The position numbers and the translations under genes are program-made. The notes under the pieces are model-generated. The model saw only the letters and a list, made by a program, of their open reading frames with translations. It was not told the origin of the DNA and ran no database searches. Source: Candidatus Peribacteria bacterium (GTDB lineage: Bacteria > Patescibacteriota > Gracilibacteria > Peribacterales > Peribacteraceae). Taken from it: 64,000 nucleotides of DNA. How positions within the stretch are numbered: the stretch's first letter is position 1; each line of letters begins with the position of its first letter. The DNA is taken from the NCBI GenBank assembly GCA_018652265.1, contig JABICL010000039.1, forward strand, positions 7,287-71,286, written 5' to 3'. Positions 52,726 through 61,939 of the stretch are shown here, piece after piece.

Positions 52726-53112
52726 TTAAAAATTCCGCTTTATAAACATTCTAAGAATTTCAGTAGCAGCTTGAGCATTTGGGTCTTTGCTTTTTTGTAG
52801 TTGCGGCATGTTACTAGTACCTCTTTCATCTATAAATTCTATAGCACTTTCCGGGCACTTTTCTTTTATAAGCTCTGCAACTATTTTTGTATATCTAGTC
52901 TGTTCACTTTCTTCGCCACTCATAAAAAGTGGCATTCCTATAACTAGGATAGATATTTCCCTTTCTTTTACCAGTACAGACACTGCCTCAACTAGCTCTT
53001 CCACTTCTTCGTGATCAATAGTATCTAAGGGCATTGCAAGCTTAATTTCGGTATCACAATAAGCAACACCTGTGTGTCTTTTGCCTACATCGAGAGATAG
53101 TATCTTTTGCAT
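52726..53112 (-). CDS. ruvX: Holliday junction resolvase-like RuvX (YqgF)
   Basis: ILSLDVGKRHTGVAYCD and GMPL.MSGEES motifs. Confidence 0.85.
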   Translation of the reverse strand: MQKILSLDVGKRHTGVAYCDTEIKLAMPLDTIDHEEVEELVEAVSVLVKEREISILVIGMPLFMSGEESEQTRYTKIVAELIKEKCPESAIEFIDERGTSNMPQLQKSKDPNAQAATEILRMFIKRNF

Positions 53113-53379
53113 CTACTTTCCGATTTTATTTACAGCCTTACTCATAGTAGATTTTCTTCTATCTGCTGTTTTACCATTTATTATATTTTTCTTTGCTGCT
53201 GTATCTACTGCTTTAAATGCTTCTGGAAGTATCTTCTCTGCCTCTTCTTTTTTACCCTCCTTTGCCAAAGCCATCACTTTCTTTACCATTGTCTTCATGT
53301 GACTACGGTATGGAAGCAGGCGCTCTGTGCGTCTCTTTGTTTGTTTTACCCTTTTTATGGCTGATTTGATAATTGGCAT
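53113..53379 (-). CDS. rpsT: Ribosomal protein S20
   Basis: Start set at MPIIKSAIKRVKQTKRRTERLLPYRS. Confidence 0.9.
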   Translation of the reverse strand: MPIIKSAIKRVKQTKRRTERLLPYRSHMKTMVKKVMALAKEGKKEEAEKILPEAFKAVDTAAKKNIINGKTADRRKSTMSKAVNKIGK

Positions 53380-53445
53380 ACCAGAGGATATTAGGGAAAT
53401 ATTGCGTAATTGCAAGAATAGAAACAGGTTTTTGGGAACTAGGTA

Positions 53446-53666
53446 GCAAGCGTGCAGGCGGTATTATCCTGTTCTAGCCATCAAACTTAGCAAGCATGCC
53501 GTTTCATATTGCGTAAGCGATCTTTCAGCAGTCACGTTCCTTATTCGAATAAAACCACAAATTTAACCGTACCAGATAAAGTTGAGCTGCGTTGATCGCG
53601 ACGCAATATGAAACATTCAGCATGCGAGCGGACCTTATTCAGAATAAAAATTAAGCACGCGAGCAG
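53446..53666 (+). repeat. Composite family A locus: A-type termini bracketing a complete divergent A copy (53490-53631)
   Basis: Outer termini are GCAAGCGTGCAGGCGGTATTA and TTAAGCACGCGAGC. The inner copy is GCAAGCATGCCGTTTCATATTGCGTAAGCGATC...GATCGCGACGCAATATGAAACATTCAGCATGCGAGCGG, with perfectly complementary new arms. Confidence 0.75.
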
Positions 53667-53668
53667 CT

Positions 53669-55603
53669 CTATATACAAGACACAGGATCCACATCGATCT
53701 TGCACCCAAATCTAGAGGCTCCTTTTATCATGCCTCTAGCATTTTTCCCTCGCACAATTACGTACCAAACTTTTCCACCCTGGAATATAGACTTCATACG
53801 CGAGATTTTGGATTCTCCCGATTTATTTTTTTTTATCAAACTTTTTACAAATTCACCACTTTTCAAGCTTGCATCATCACCAGAAAATATAAAACTTATC
53901 ATTTGTGAATCTGGCGGATAGTGTGATGATTTTCTATTTGCGATCTCTTTTTCTAAATACTCTTTAACTTGCATTTTGGATGACATTTCTATTTCAAATG
54001 ATTTTGGACTAAAAGATTGAATAACAACTTCTGCATTTTCTTTATTTACCAATTTGCTCACAATTTGCACAAGTAATTGAAACACCCTTTCTCCAGCACG
54101 AAAATGAGGAAGACTAAGGCCTATATCTGCAACTACAACAGAAGCTAAAGTTACATTCGGAATGCTAAGCATTCTTATAACAGATTGTGTACCTACAATT
54201 ATATCTATATCTTCATCATTTATTTTTTTATAAGCTTCTCTGAATTTCTTAGGAGAAGTAACAGTATCTGAATCTATTCGAAAAACTTTCGCTGATGGAA
54301 ATACTTCTTTTAGCAAGTTTTCTATTCGCTGTGTTCCAGCTCCTATTTCTTTCAAATCAACAGATCCACAATTTGTGCAACCTGCAGGAATTTCAATCTT
54401 TTCTCCAGTTTTATTGGATACCATATATGACTGATCAGAACTTTTGTGAACTGCATATGGAAGCCCTGTTTCACTGTCTTCGAATCTAAATCTGCAATCC
54501 TTACACATAAGTGAAGTTGCAAAACCTTTTTTATTTAGAAGCAGTACAGACTTCTCTTTTTTCTCTATTCTATTTTTTATTGCATGTATCAGAGTAGGGG
54601 ACAGTGGATAATATTTTCCAAAATCAACCTGCATCATATCTACAACTTTTACATTTTTTATATCACTTAAATTTGCATTATCTTTTATTTCTACAAGCTC
54701 ATATTTACCTTCTTGTATTTTATGCCAACTACCAACAGAAGGACTCGAGCTTCCTAACACTAATTTAATGTCTCCATTCACATCACACATATGTTCTGCA
54801 GCTTGAATTGCATTATATCTAGGCGTTTGTTCATTTTTATAAGTCCATTCGTGTTCATCATTTACTATGATAAGCCCTAGATTTTCTACAGGTGCAAATA
54901 GAGCAGACCTAGTTCCTAGAACCAATTTTGTCTGTCCAGAGATACATTTTTGCCACTGCTTTCTACGACAGGCAGGCGTAATTTTTCCATGAATTACTGA
55001 TATATAATTTTCATCTACAATTTTTTTAAATTCATTAAATGCATTTTCTACTCCTGATAATTCAGGTAGCAAAATAATTGCTGATTTTCCTTTTTTTACT
55101 ACGTCCAAAATAAGTGATTTATAAATTTTAAATTTATCTTCAGAAAAAAGTAATGATGGCTTTTGAGATATTAAAATAGATTCAAATGCAGCATTTTCTG
55201 AGGGAATTAAATCAACATAATCTTTTAAAGCAATACTATCCACTGACCACTGGCCACTAACCACTTGCACAAACTTGCTCCACTGTTTACCGGGCAAGAA
55301 AGGGGAAAGCGAGCTCCTTAAATTACATACATAGTAATCGGAAATCCACTTAGCAATTTCTATGTGACACTTATTTAAAACCACTTTGTCGCTAACCACC
55401 TCTACAACTTCTCTTATATCAAAATTTGCAGAAGGCTTTTCTTTCGTTATTTCTATAACAATTCCTTCTACTATATTTCCTCTAAGTGGAACTCTAACTA
55501 TGCATCCCACTTGTACATTTAATTCTTCACTATAAGAATAGGTAAGACCATTGCCGATACCATTCTGCTTAGATGTTGTTATTACAGTCAAATAATTCAT
55601 CAA
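53669..55603 (-). CDS. priA: Primosomal protein N' (PriA helicase)
   Basis: 644 aa. DEHE box (VNDEHEW), Cys-rich insertion CKDC...CTNCGS, and a C-terminal domain. Confidence 0.9.
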   Translation of the reverse strand: MMNYLTVITTSKQNGIGNGLTYSYSEELNVQVGCIVRVPLRGNIVEGIVIEITKEKPSANFDIREVVEVVSDKVVLNKCHIEIAKWISDYYVCNLRSSLSPFLPGKQWSKFVQVVSGQWSVDSIALKDYVDLIPSENAAFESILISQKPSLLFSEDKFKIYKSLILDVVKKGKSAIILLPELSGVENAFNEFKKIVDENYISVIHGKITPACRRKQWQKCISGQTKLVLGTRSALFAPVENLGLIIVNDEHEWTYKNEQTPRYNAIQAAEHMCDVNGDIKLVLGSSSPSVGSWHKIQEGKYELVEIKDNANLSDIKNVKVVDMMQVDFGKYYPLSPTLIHAIKNRIEKKEKSVLLLNKKGFATSLMCKDCRFRFEDSETGLPYAVHKSSDQSYMVSNKTGEKIEIPAGCTNCGSVDLKEIGAGTQRIENLLKEVFPSAKVFRIDSDTVTSPKKFREAYKKINDEDIDIIVGTQSVIRMLSIPNVTLASVVVADIGLSLPHFRAGERVFQLLVQIVSKLVNKENAEVVIQSFSPKSFEIEMSSKMQVKEYLEKEIANRKSSHYPPDSQMISFIFSGDDASLKSGEFVKSLIKKNKSGESKISRMKSIFQGGKVWYVIVRGKNARGMIKGASRFGCKIDVDPVSCI

Positions 55604-55757
55604 ATCTGATCGGAGAAAATTTAAAATTTTAAATGTTAAATTTTAAAACATCTCTAAGCGTACACAGTATATTTAAAATTTAAAATTTATAATTTAAAAT
55701 TATCTCTGAAATACTAAATCTACGCAGTATTTGCCAATAAATATTATTAGCAGTTAT

Positions 55758-55798
55758 TTGACACTCCGAAATTAGCACTCTAGAATATCGAGTGCTAA
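55758..55798 (+). promoter_or_regulatory. dnaK promoter with an overlapping perfect CIRCE operator
   Basis: TTGACA (55758-55763), 17-nt spacer, TAGAAT (55781-55786). CIRCE TTAGCACTC-TAGAATATC-GAGTGCTAA at 55772-55798 matches the consensus 18/18. Confidence 0.9.
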
Positions 55799-55802
55799 TT
55801 CC

Positions 55803-55892
55803 GCTTTCCTCGAGTGAGGCTTCTCGCAAGAAGCTGAATCGAGAGGCAGCCTCTCCACTCATCCGCCTCGGCGGACTCGGTCGAGGAGAGCA
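55803..55892 (+). repeat. Family F element, copy F2, inside the dnaK 5' leader
   Basis: GCTTTCCTCGAGTGAG, [GCTTC-TCGCAA-GAAGC], GAATCGAGAGG, [C-A-G]CCTCTCCACTC, [CCGCC-TC-GGCGG], CTCGGTCGAGGAGAGCA. Confidence 0.85.
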
Positions 55893-55914
55893 TATATCTT
55901 ACCAACGAATTACC

Positions 55915-57819
55915 ATGCCAAAAGCTATAGGAATCGACCTCGGAACCACAAATTCATGTATGGCCTTTATAGAAGGAGGTGAGCCTGCAGTAATCCCAAA
56001 TGCAGAGGGGAATCGTACTACGCCTTCTGTAGTCGCTATAAAAGACTCAGAAAGACTCGTAGGAGTGTCTGCAAAGCGTCAGGCTGTCACAAATCCAAAA
56101 GATACTGTCTTTTCTTCTAAGAGATTCATAGGTCACACCTATAAGGAAATAGAGAAAGACATAAAAAAAATTCCTTTCGAAATGGGAGAAGGCAAGGGCG
56201 GAAGAGCAACGATTAAATTAGATGGAACAGATAATCTGCCACAGGCAATTTCTGCAATGATCTTGGGCAAACTCAAAAAAGATGCAGAAGAATATATAGG
56301 AGATACAGTAGATAAAGCAGTTATAACAGTTCCTGCTTATTTCAATGACTCACAAAGACAAGCAACTAAAGAGGCTGGAGAAATTGCAGGACTAGAAGTC
56401 CTTAGAATAATAAACGAACCAACTGCAGCAGCCCTCGCATATGGGCTAGACAAAGGTCACGATGAAAAGATCATTGTATATGATCTAGGAGGAGGAACTT
56501 TTGATGTATCTGTACTAGAGCTTGGTGATGGAGTATTCGAAGTAATTGCAACAAATGGTGACACTCATCTTGGTGGTGATGATTTTGACAATGCAATAAT
56601 CGATTGGCTTGCAGAAGAATTCAAGAAAGATCAAGGAGTTGATCTACATGGAGATGCGGTAGCAATGCAACGATTAAAAGAAGGCGCAGAAAAAGCAAAG
56701 ATAGAACTTAGCTCAGCCACAGAAACAGAAATCAATTTGCCATTTATAACCGCAGACAGCTCTGGTCCAAAACATTTGAATATAAAACTCTCTAGATCAA
56801 AAATGGAAGCACTAATAGGTGATCTAATAGAAAGAACAGCAGGACCATGTGAACAAGCACTAAAAGATGCTGGAATAAGCAAGGATGAGATAGACGAAGT
56901 AGTACTAGTAGGTGGAATGACACGAATGCCAGCAGTTCATGCAAAAGTAAAAGAATTATTTGGCAAAGAACCACACAAAGGAGTAAATCCAGATGAAGTA
57001 GTAGCGATAGGCGCAGCAATACAAGCTGGAGTTCAATCTGGAGATATAGATAAAGATCTAGTTCTTGTAGATGTAACTCCACTTAGCCTAGGAATAGAAA
57101 CACTTGGAGGAGTTTGCACGAAACTTATAGAGAAAAATACAAAGATCCCTACAAGTAAATCTCAAGTCTTTTCTACAGCAGCAGACAATCAACCATCTGT
57201 AGAAGTACATGTAGCACAAGGAGAACGCGAAATGGCATCAGACAATAAATCTCTTGGTAGATTTATATTGGATGGGATACCTCCTGCTCCACGTGGAATT
57301 CCTCAGGTAGAAGTAACCTTCGACATAGATTCGAATGGGATTCTAAATGTAAAAGCAAAAGATAAAGGCACAGGAAAAGAACAAAATATAGTTATACAAG
57401 GATCAACAGGTCTTTCTGATGAAGAAGTAGAGAAGATGAAAAAAGATGCAGAGCTACACGCAGAAGAAGACAAGCAAAAGAAGGAAGGGGTAGATATAAG
57501 AAACCAAGCAGATGCACTTATATTTAATCTGGAAAAACAAATGCGAGAACATGATGCAAAGATTCCAGATGATGTGAAGAAGCAAGTAAATACTGATGTC
57601 ACTGCCTTGAAAGATCTTCTAAAAGATGAAAATGCGACCAATGAGCAGATAAAAAACGCTACCGAAATGTTGGGTCAACATGCTCAGAAGATTGGAGAAG
57701 TTATTTACAAAGAAGCAAACGAAGCAGAAGCAGCAAAAGGATCCGAAGAGAAGAAAGAAGATGTCGTAGATGCTGAAGTCGTTGAGGAGGATAAGAAAGA
57801 TGATGATAAGAAAAATTAA
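55915..57819 (+). CDS. dnaK: Chaperone DnaK (Hsp70)
   Basis: Start set at [22 protein letters not shown] and [10 protein letters not shown] motifs, acidic C-terminal tail. The upstream in-frame extension only translates the repeat and CIRCE. Confidence 0.97.
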   Translation: MPKAIGIDLGTTNSCMAFIEGGEPAVIPNAEGNRTTPSVVAIKDSERLVGVSAKRQAVTNPKDTVFSSKRFIGHTYKEIEKDIKKIPFEMGEGKGGRATIKLDGTDNLPQAISAMILGKLKKDAEEYIGDTVDKAVITVPAYFNDSQRQATKEAGEIAGLEVLRIINEPTAAALAYGLDKGHDEKIIVYDLGGGTFDVSVLELGDGVFEVIATNGDTHLGGDDFDNAIIDWLAEEFKKDQGVDLHGDAVAMQRLKEGAEKAKIELSSATETEINLPFITADSSGPKHLNIKLSRSKMEALIGDLIERTAGPCEQALKDAGISKDEIDEVVLVGGMTRMPAVHAKVKELFGKEPHKGVNPDEVVAIGAAIQAGVQSGDIDKDLVLVDVTPLSLGIETLGGVCTKLIEKNTKIPTSKSQVFSTAADNQPSVEVHVAQGEREMASDNKSLGRFILDGIPPAPRGIPQVEVTFDIDSNGILNVKAKDKGTGKEQNIVIQGSTGLSDEEVEKMKKDAELHAEEDKQKKEGVDIRNQADALIFNLEKQMREHDAKIPDDVKKQVNTDVTALKDLLKDENATNEQIKNATEMLGQHAQKIGEVIYKEANEAEAAKGSEEKKEDVVDAEVVEEDKKDDDKKN

Positions 57820-57913
57820 GCTTTCCTCGAGTGAGTCAGTCGCGGCTGACGAATCGAGAGGTTTTCTTTACAATCTCTCCACTCGCTCTGAAGAGCTCGG
57901 TCGAGAAGAGCAC
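57820..57913 (+). repeat. Family F element, copy F3, immediately after the dnaK stop
   Basis: Same framework as F2, but the three internal hairpins have different sequences: GTCAG-TCGCGG-CTGAC, GAGAGG-N13-CTCTC and GCTCT-GAA-GAGC. Confidence 0.85.
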
Positions 57914-57919
57914 TAATTA

Positions 57920-58894
57920 CTATCCAACAATCTTAGCTAACTCTACAAGCCTACAGCTGTAACCCCACTCGTTGTCATACCAGCCAAGAACTTTAACGAG
58001 TGTTGAATTGCCTTCCGAGATCACCTTTGTAGACATTCCATCTACTATGCAGCTTCTGGAATCTCCTACAAAGTCCTTGAGGACTAGTGGCCTTGGCTCA
58101 TAGCCCAAAATTCCTTTCATAGGACCGTTTGCAGCAGCTTCGAAAGCTTTGTTTACCTCTTCTGCACTAGTGTCTTTACTTACCGTAACAGTTAGATCTG
58201 TAATACTTCCTGTAGGAGTAGGCACACGCACAGACATTCCATCTAATTTTCCTGCGAGCTCTGGCATTACAAGCCCTACTGCTTTTGCAGCTCCAGTAGT
58301 TGTAGGAATCATGTTTTCAGCTGCACTTCTTGCACGACGAAGATCTGAGTGAGGTAGATCAAGAAGTCGCTGATCATTTGTATAACTATGAATAGTTGTC
58401 ATGAATCCTTGTTCTACTGTGAAGTTTTCGTGTAACACCTTCACCATAGGAGCAAGACAATTCGTAGTACACGAAGCATTAGATAAAACCTCCATACTTG
58501 AATCATATTTATCATCATTTACTCCTATACAAAAAGTTCCATCCACATCTCCTTTAGCAGGAGCAGAGATTATTACTTTCTTAGCTCCAGCCTCCAGATG
58601 TTTTGCTGCCGCTTCTCTTGTCCGGAAAACTCCTGTGCACTCTAGAACCACATCTACTTTTAGCTCAGAGTGGGGGAGAGCTGTTGGATCTTTTTCTGCA
58701 GTCATTTTTACTCCGCTAAATGCACTCGAATTCTCATATTTCCCATATGTGGAATCGAATTCAAACAAATGCTTAAGAGTTTCATCATCTGTGAGGTCAT
58801 TTATGAGAACCACCTTCATATCTGGGTGCTCTTCTAGAATTATTCTGTATACCTGTCTTCCTATTCGGCCGAAGCCGTTGATTGCAATATTCAT
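57920..58894 (-). CDS. gap: Glyceraldehyde-3-phosphate dehydrogenase, type I
   Basis: INGFGRIGR and SCTTNCLAP motifs, 324 aa. Confidence 0.95.
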   Translation of the reverse strand: MNIAINGFGRIGRQVYRIILEEHPDMKVVLINDLTDDETLKHLFEFDSTYGKYENSSAFSGVKMTAEKDPTALPHSELKVDVVLECTGVFRTREAAAKHLEAGAKKVIISAPAKGDVDGTFCIGVNDDKYDSSMEVLSNASCTTNCLAPMVKVLHENFTVEQGFMTTIHSYTNDQRLLDLPHSDLRRARSAAENMIPTTTGAAKAVGLVMPELAGKLDGMSVRVPTPTGSITDLTVTVSKDTSAEEVNKAFEAAANGPMKGILGYEPRPLVLKDFVGDSRSCIVDGMSTKVISEGNSTLVKVLGWYDNEWGYSCRLVELAKIVG

Positions 58895-58932
58895 ACCTAT
58901 ACTTTATCACAAAATTTTGTATCTCAAATGTA

Positions 58933-59038
58933 GCAAGCGTGCAGGTGGTATTTTGCGTAAGAAATCATTCTTGGGTACCAATATATGATCAATCCCATGT
59001 TGATTTCATCGCATATACCACCTTAAGCACGCGAGCGG
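58933..59038 (+). repeat. Family A repeat, copy A8 (centre type 2; paired GGTGGTAT/ATACCACC variant)
   Basis: GCAAGCGTGCAGGTGGTATTTTGCGTAAGAAATCATTCTTGGGTACCAATATATGATCAATCCCATGTTGATTTCATCGCATATACCACCTTAAGCACGCGAGCGG. It overlaps the last 5 codons and the stop of 59023..59862. Confidence 0.9.
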
Positions 59039-59862
59039 GGCGCATCGTACTCTCCTTTAAGCACCAAAGTATCTTCTTCCAAACTAGGTGATTCACAAAT
59101 CAGCACTCCTCCTATATTTCTATCTTTAAGTACACCCACAAATTCTTTCCAGTTCGCATCACTTTCCTCAAACACAAGATGCTTTCTTTCTCCCTTTTCA
59201 CCATATTCAATGCCAGAATAATGCATATGCATATTAGACAAAGATTCCTCGCCTAAATATTTGGCATAAGTATCAAATAGCTGATTCCATTCTTCTTTTG
59301 AATTCCACATACCTTTGTATCTTGCGTGGATGTGAGCGAAATCAACACAAGGATACATATCAAATTCTTTGCCAAGTTCTAGAAGCTCTTCTAGAGTTCC
59401 AAACTGCGTTCCTTTTCCCATTGTTTCATATGCCAGATTCACATCTGGAAAATATTTATCTTTCTTATCTAGAATATCTTCAGTAGCATTTCTTACATTC
59501 TCGTACACATCAGTAGGATCCATGCCCAAGTAAAACGCTGAGTGAACACATACAGACTTAGCCCCACATATCTGCGCCATTGTGAGAGCTTGAAGTATTC
59601 GCTGCTTACTTTTTTCTAATTTCTCTTCTTCTTTTGCATTTAAGTTAACATAATACGGAGCATGAACAGTTAAAACTATATCTAGTTCCCGAGCTTTCCT
59701 TCCAACTTCTTCAATATGTTCAGTGTTCAGTGGAACTCTCTGTACCCATTCAAGTTCCATAGCATTTATTCCAAGCTCATGTGCTCTTTCAAGTCCTTTC
59801 AAAGTTCCACTAGGAGAAGGGGTTGAATGTGGCGAGCCTGCAACAGCAATACGTAGTGACAT
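59023..59862 (-). CDS. nfo: Endonuclease IV-like (AP endonuclease family 2 / xylose-isomerase-like TIM barrel)
   Basis: 279 aa. The pattern VHAPYYVNL ... VHSAF ... YETMGKG ... CVDFAHIHARY ... HMHYSG ... LICES is collinear with the Nfo metal ligands. Confidence 0.65.
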   Translation of the reverse strand: MSLRIAVAGSPHSTPSPSGTLKGLERAHELGINAMELEWVQRVPLNTEHIEEVGRKARELDIVLTVHAPYYVNLNAKEEEKLEKSKQRILQALTMAQICGAKSVCVHSAFYLGMDPTDVYENVRNATEDILDKKDKYFPDVNLAYETMGKGTQFGTLEELLELGKEFDMYPCVDFAHIHARYKGMWNSKEEWNQLFDTYAKYLGEESLSNMHMHYSGIEYGEKGERKHLVFEESDANWKEFVGVLKDRNIGGVLICESPSLEEDTLVLKGEYDAPRSRA

Positions 59863-59901
59863 CTAGTCTTATCATAGATCTCAAATTTCAAAACTCAAGT
59901 A

Positions 59902-60007
59902 GCAAGCGTGCAGGCGGTATTTTGCGTAAGAAATCATTCTTGGGTACCAATATATGATCAATCCCATGTTGATTTCGTCGCATATACCGCCTTAAGCACG
60001 CGAGCGG
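59902..60007 (+). repeat. Family A repeat, copy A9 (centre type 2)
   Basis: Nearly identical to A8, in the same orientation, on the other side of the nfo-like gene. Confidence 0.9.
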
Positions 60008-60056
60008 CGGCATTAGACTTTTGATTTCTCAAATTATCCAATATCATTAGATATGT

Positions 60057-61409
60057 ATGCCACTTTCACAAGAAATAATAGACAGAACTCTAGCAACGCC
60101 CCAGGGCACTGCTGCTTATCACATAGTAGAAAAGCTAACAGATGAAGGGCATGAGGCTTGGTGGGTAGGAGGATGTGTAAGAGATATGCTAATCGATGAA
60201 ATTCCAGAGGATATAGATATAGCTACTTCTGCTCTTCCAGATGAAATAAAAAAACTTTTCGAAAAACATGATGCAGCTTCAGAAAGTTACGGCAGCATAT
60301 TGGTAGCAAGCGGGGGAGATGTATTTGAACTAACTACATTTCGTGAAGATTCTGCAGCATCAGACGGACGACATCCTGAAAATGTAATCTTTACCAAAGA
60401 AAAAGAAAAAGATGCTGCAAGGCGCGATGTAACTATAAATGCTTTGTACTATCATCCGATATCCGGAGAATTATTTGATCCATTCGAAGGAGAAAAAGAC
60501 TTGAATGAAAGACTTATAAGAATAATAGGAGATGCAGAAAAAAGAATAGAAGAAGATAATCTAAGATTACTTCGAGTAATAAGATTCAAAGCTTATATAG
60601 AAGGTCAGTATCATCCAGATACTTTCAAGGCACTTCACAAGAAATCTAAATCTATTGAAAAGCTGTCAGGCACTAGAAGATTTAAAGAAATAGAAAAAAT
60701 ACTACTTGGACCACATCCAGAAATTGCATTAGAAGATTTATGGGAGACAGACATACTTGAATACTTACTTCCTGAGGTTCACGCATGCAAAGGAGTAGCT
60801 CAGCCTGCTCATTTACATCCAGAAGGGGACGTTTGGAATCATGTAATGAGAATTTTATCTTCATTCACAGAAGACCATGAAAAAGACGTAAGATGGGCAG
60901 CTCTTTTTCATGACACAGGTAAGCCAAAAACATTTTCTATAGACGCCGATCGCATTCACTTCAATGATCATGCATCTGTAGGAGCAGATGTTACAAAAGA
61001 AGCACTGGATAGATTGCAATTCACATCAAGCCGAAGAGATAAAATTGCATGGCTCGTAAAACATCACATGATGATGGCTGCATTTTCGGAAATGGATGAC
61101 AAAAGAAAAGCTCATTGGTACTACCACCCGTGGTTCCTGGAGCTTCTACAGCTTTTTTGGCTAGATATGATAGGAACACAGGATTACAAAACAGATTTGT
61201 ACGATAAGATAATAGAAGACTACAACAAGTTTCTAGATGCTCATCCCAGACCAAAGAAGCCACTAATTTCTGGAGATGAAATTATGGATCTAATGGATAT
61301 AGAGCCAGGTGAAAAAGTAGGAGAGATACTTGAGATGCTTCACGAAAAACAAATCAAAAAAGAGATTACTTCGAAAAAAGAGGCGATGGAATTTATAAAG
61401 CAGCTTTGA
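60057..61409 (+). CDS. cca: CCA-adding tRNA nucleotidyltransferase with HD domain
   Basis: GGCVRD, DIDIAT, RRDVTINA and the HD motif (LFHDTGK). Confidence 0.85.
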   Translation: MPLSQEIIDRTLATPQGTAAYHIVEKLTDEGHEAWWVGGCVRDMLIDEIPEDIDIATSALPDEIKKLFEKHDAASESYGSILVASGGDVFELTTFREDSAASDGRHPENVIFTKEKEKDAARRDVTINALYYHPISGELFDPFEGEKDLNERLIRIIGDAEKRIEEDNLRLLRVIRFKAYIEGQYHPDTFKALHKKSKSIEKLSGTRRFKEIEKILLGPHPEIALEDLWETDILEYLLPEVHACKGVAQPAHLHPEGDVWNHVMRILSSFTEDHEKDVRWAALFHDTGKPKTFSIDADRIHFNDHASVGADVTKEALDRLQFTSSRRDKIAWLVKHHMMMAAFSEMDDKRKAHWYYHPWFLELLQLFWLDMIGTQDYKTDLYDKIIEDYNKFLDAHPRPKKPLISGDEIMDLMDIEPGEKVGEILEMLHEKQIKKEITSKKEAMEFIKQL

Positions 61410-61411
61410 GC

Positions 61412-61507
61412 ATGCTTCGACACGTACTTCGCCTTACAGAACTTAAGCATCGCGACTTCGTCGCTCTGCTTCAAGTTCAGCTCGCTCAGTACGGCTCAGC
61501 ATGACAT
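61412..61507 (-). repeat. Family B repeat, copy B4
   Basis: ATGCTTCGACACGTACTTCGCCTTACAGAACTTAAGCATCGCGACTTCGTCGCTCTGCTTCAAGTTCAGCTCGCTCAGTACGGCTCAGCATGACAT. It starts 3 nt after the cca stop. Confidence 0.9.
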
Positions 61508-61526
61508 AGTTAATAATGTTTTAATA

Positions 61527-61877
61527 TCAATCACTTCTTTCAGCCAAAGCCCCACCTTCTTCTATATATTTTGCCCTCTTCATTCTGGGCATAGCGAGTA
61601 TTGCAGGATCATTTTCGAATGTATCAAGTGCTTGAGCTTCTGCAATATGCATTTTTAGTATCTCTTCTGTAAGAAGTAGTTGTGATCTCTCTCTTTCCAA
61701 AGTTCTAAGCTTATATCCTTTAGTCGCATTGTAATTTTCATTAAAAAGAATAAGCAATGCAAGCACAACAATCAAAGCTCCAGTAGAAAACAAAAGAGTT
61801 ACAGTACTTGCGGTAACCATACGACCAAGCGTCTGACGTTTCTCAGGCAGGCCGGATTTTGTAGGTATTGTAGGCAA
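61527..61877 (-). CDS. FtsL-like cell-division membrane protein
   Basis: Directly downstream of rsmH. Basic N-tail, one TM, then a coiled coil. The start is uncertain: TTG at 61877 or ATG at 61820. Confidence 0.45.
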   Translation of the reverse strand: MPTIPTKSGLPEKRQTLGRMVTASTVTLLFSTGALIVVLALLILFNENYNATKGYKLRTLERERSQLLLTEEILKMHIAEAQALDTFENDPAILAMPRMKRAKYIEEGGALAERSD

Positions 61878-61888
61878 GGTATGTAATG
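61862..61888. repeat. Third, half-length T-type array (3 x 9-bp units)
   Basis: TAGGTATTG TAGGCAAGG TATGTAATG; compare the T2 left arm TAGGTATGG TAGGTATTG TACGTAATG. No TACCTA arm follows. Confidence 0.6.
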
Positions 61889-61939
61889 TTGATCGCGGCG
61901 TAATCCTGAGTTTATCGAAGGACGAAGCCGGATGGGCTA

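Noticed and set aside
55240-55270. The CCACTGACCACTGGCCACTAACCACT run inside priA, which resembles the 12-bp inverted repeat around B2.
   Set aside because: It is a single in-frame occurrence within a conserved CDS and is probably a coincidence.
55604-55757. Whether the AT-rich tract with repeated TTTAAAAT-type palindromes between priA and dnaK is a replication origin.
   Set aside because: I found no DnaA-box cluster (TTATCCACA-like), and neither dnaA nor dnaN is adjacent. It is more likely promoter/UP-element DNA of a divergent intergenic region.
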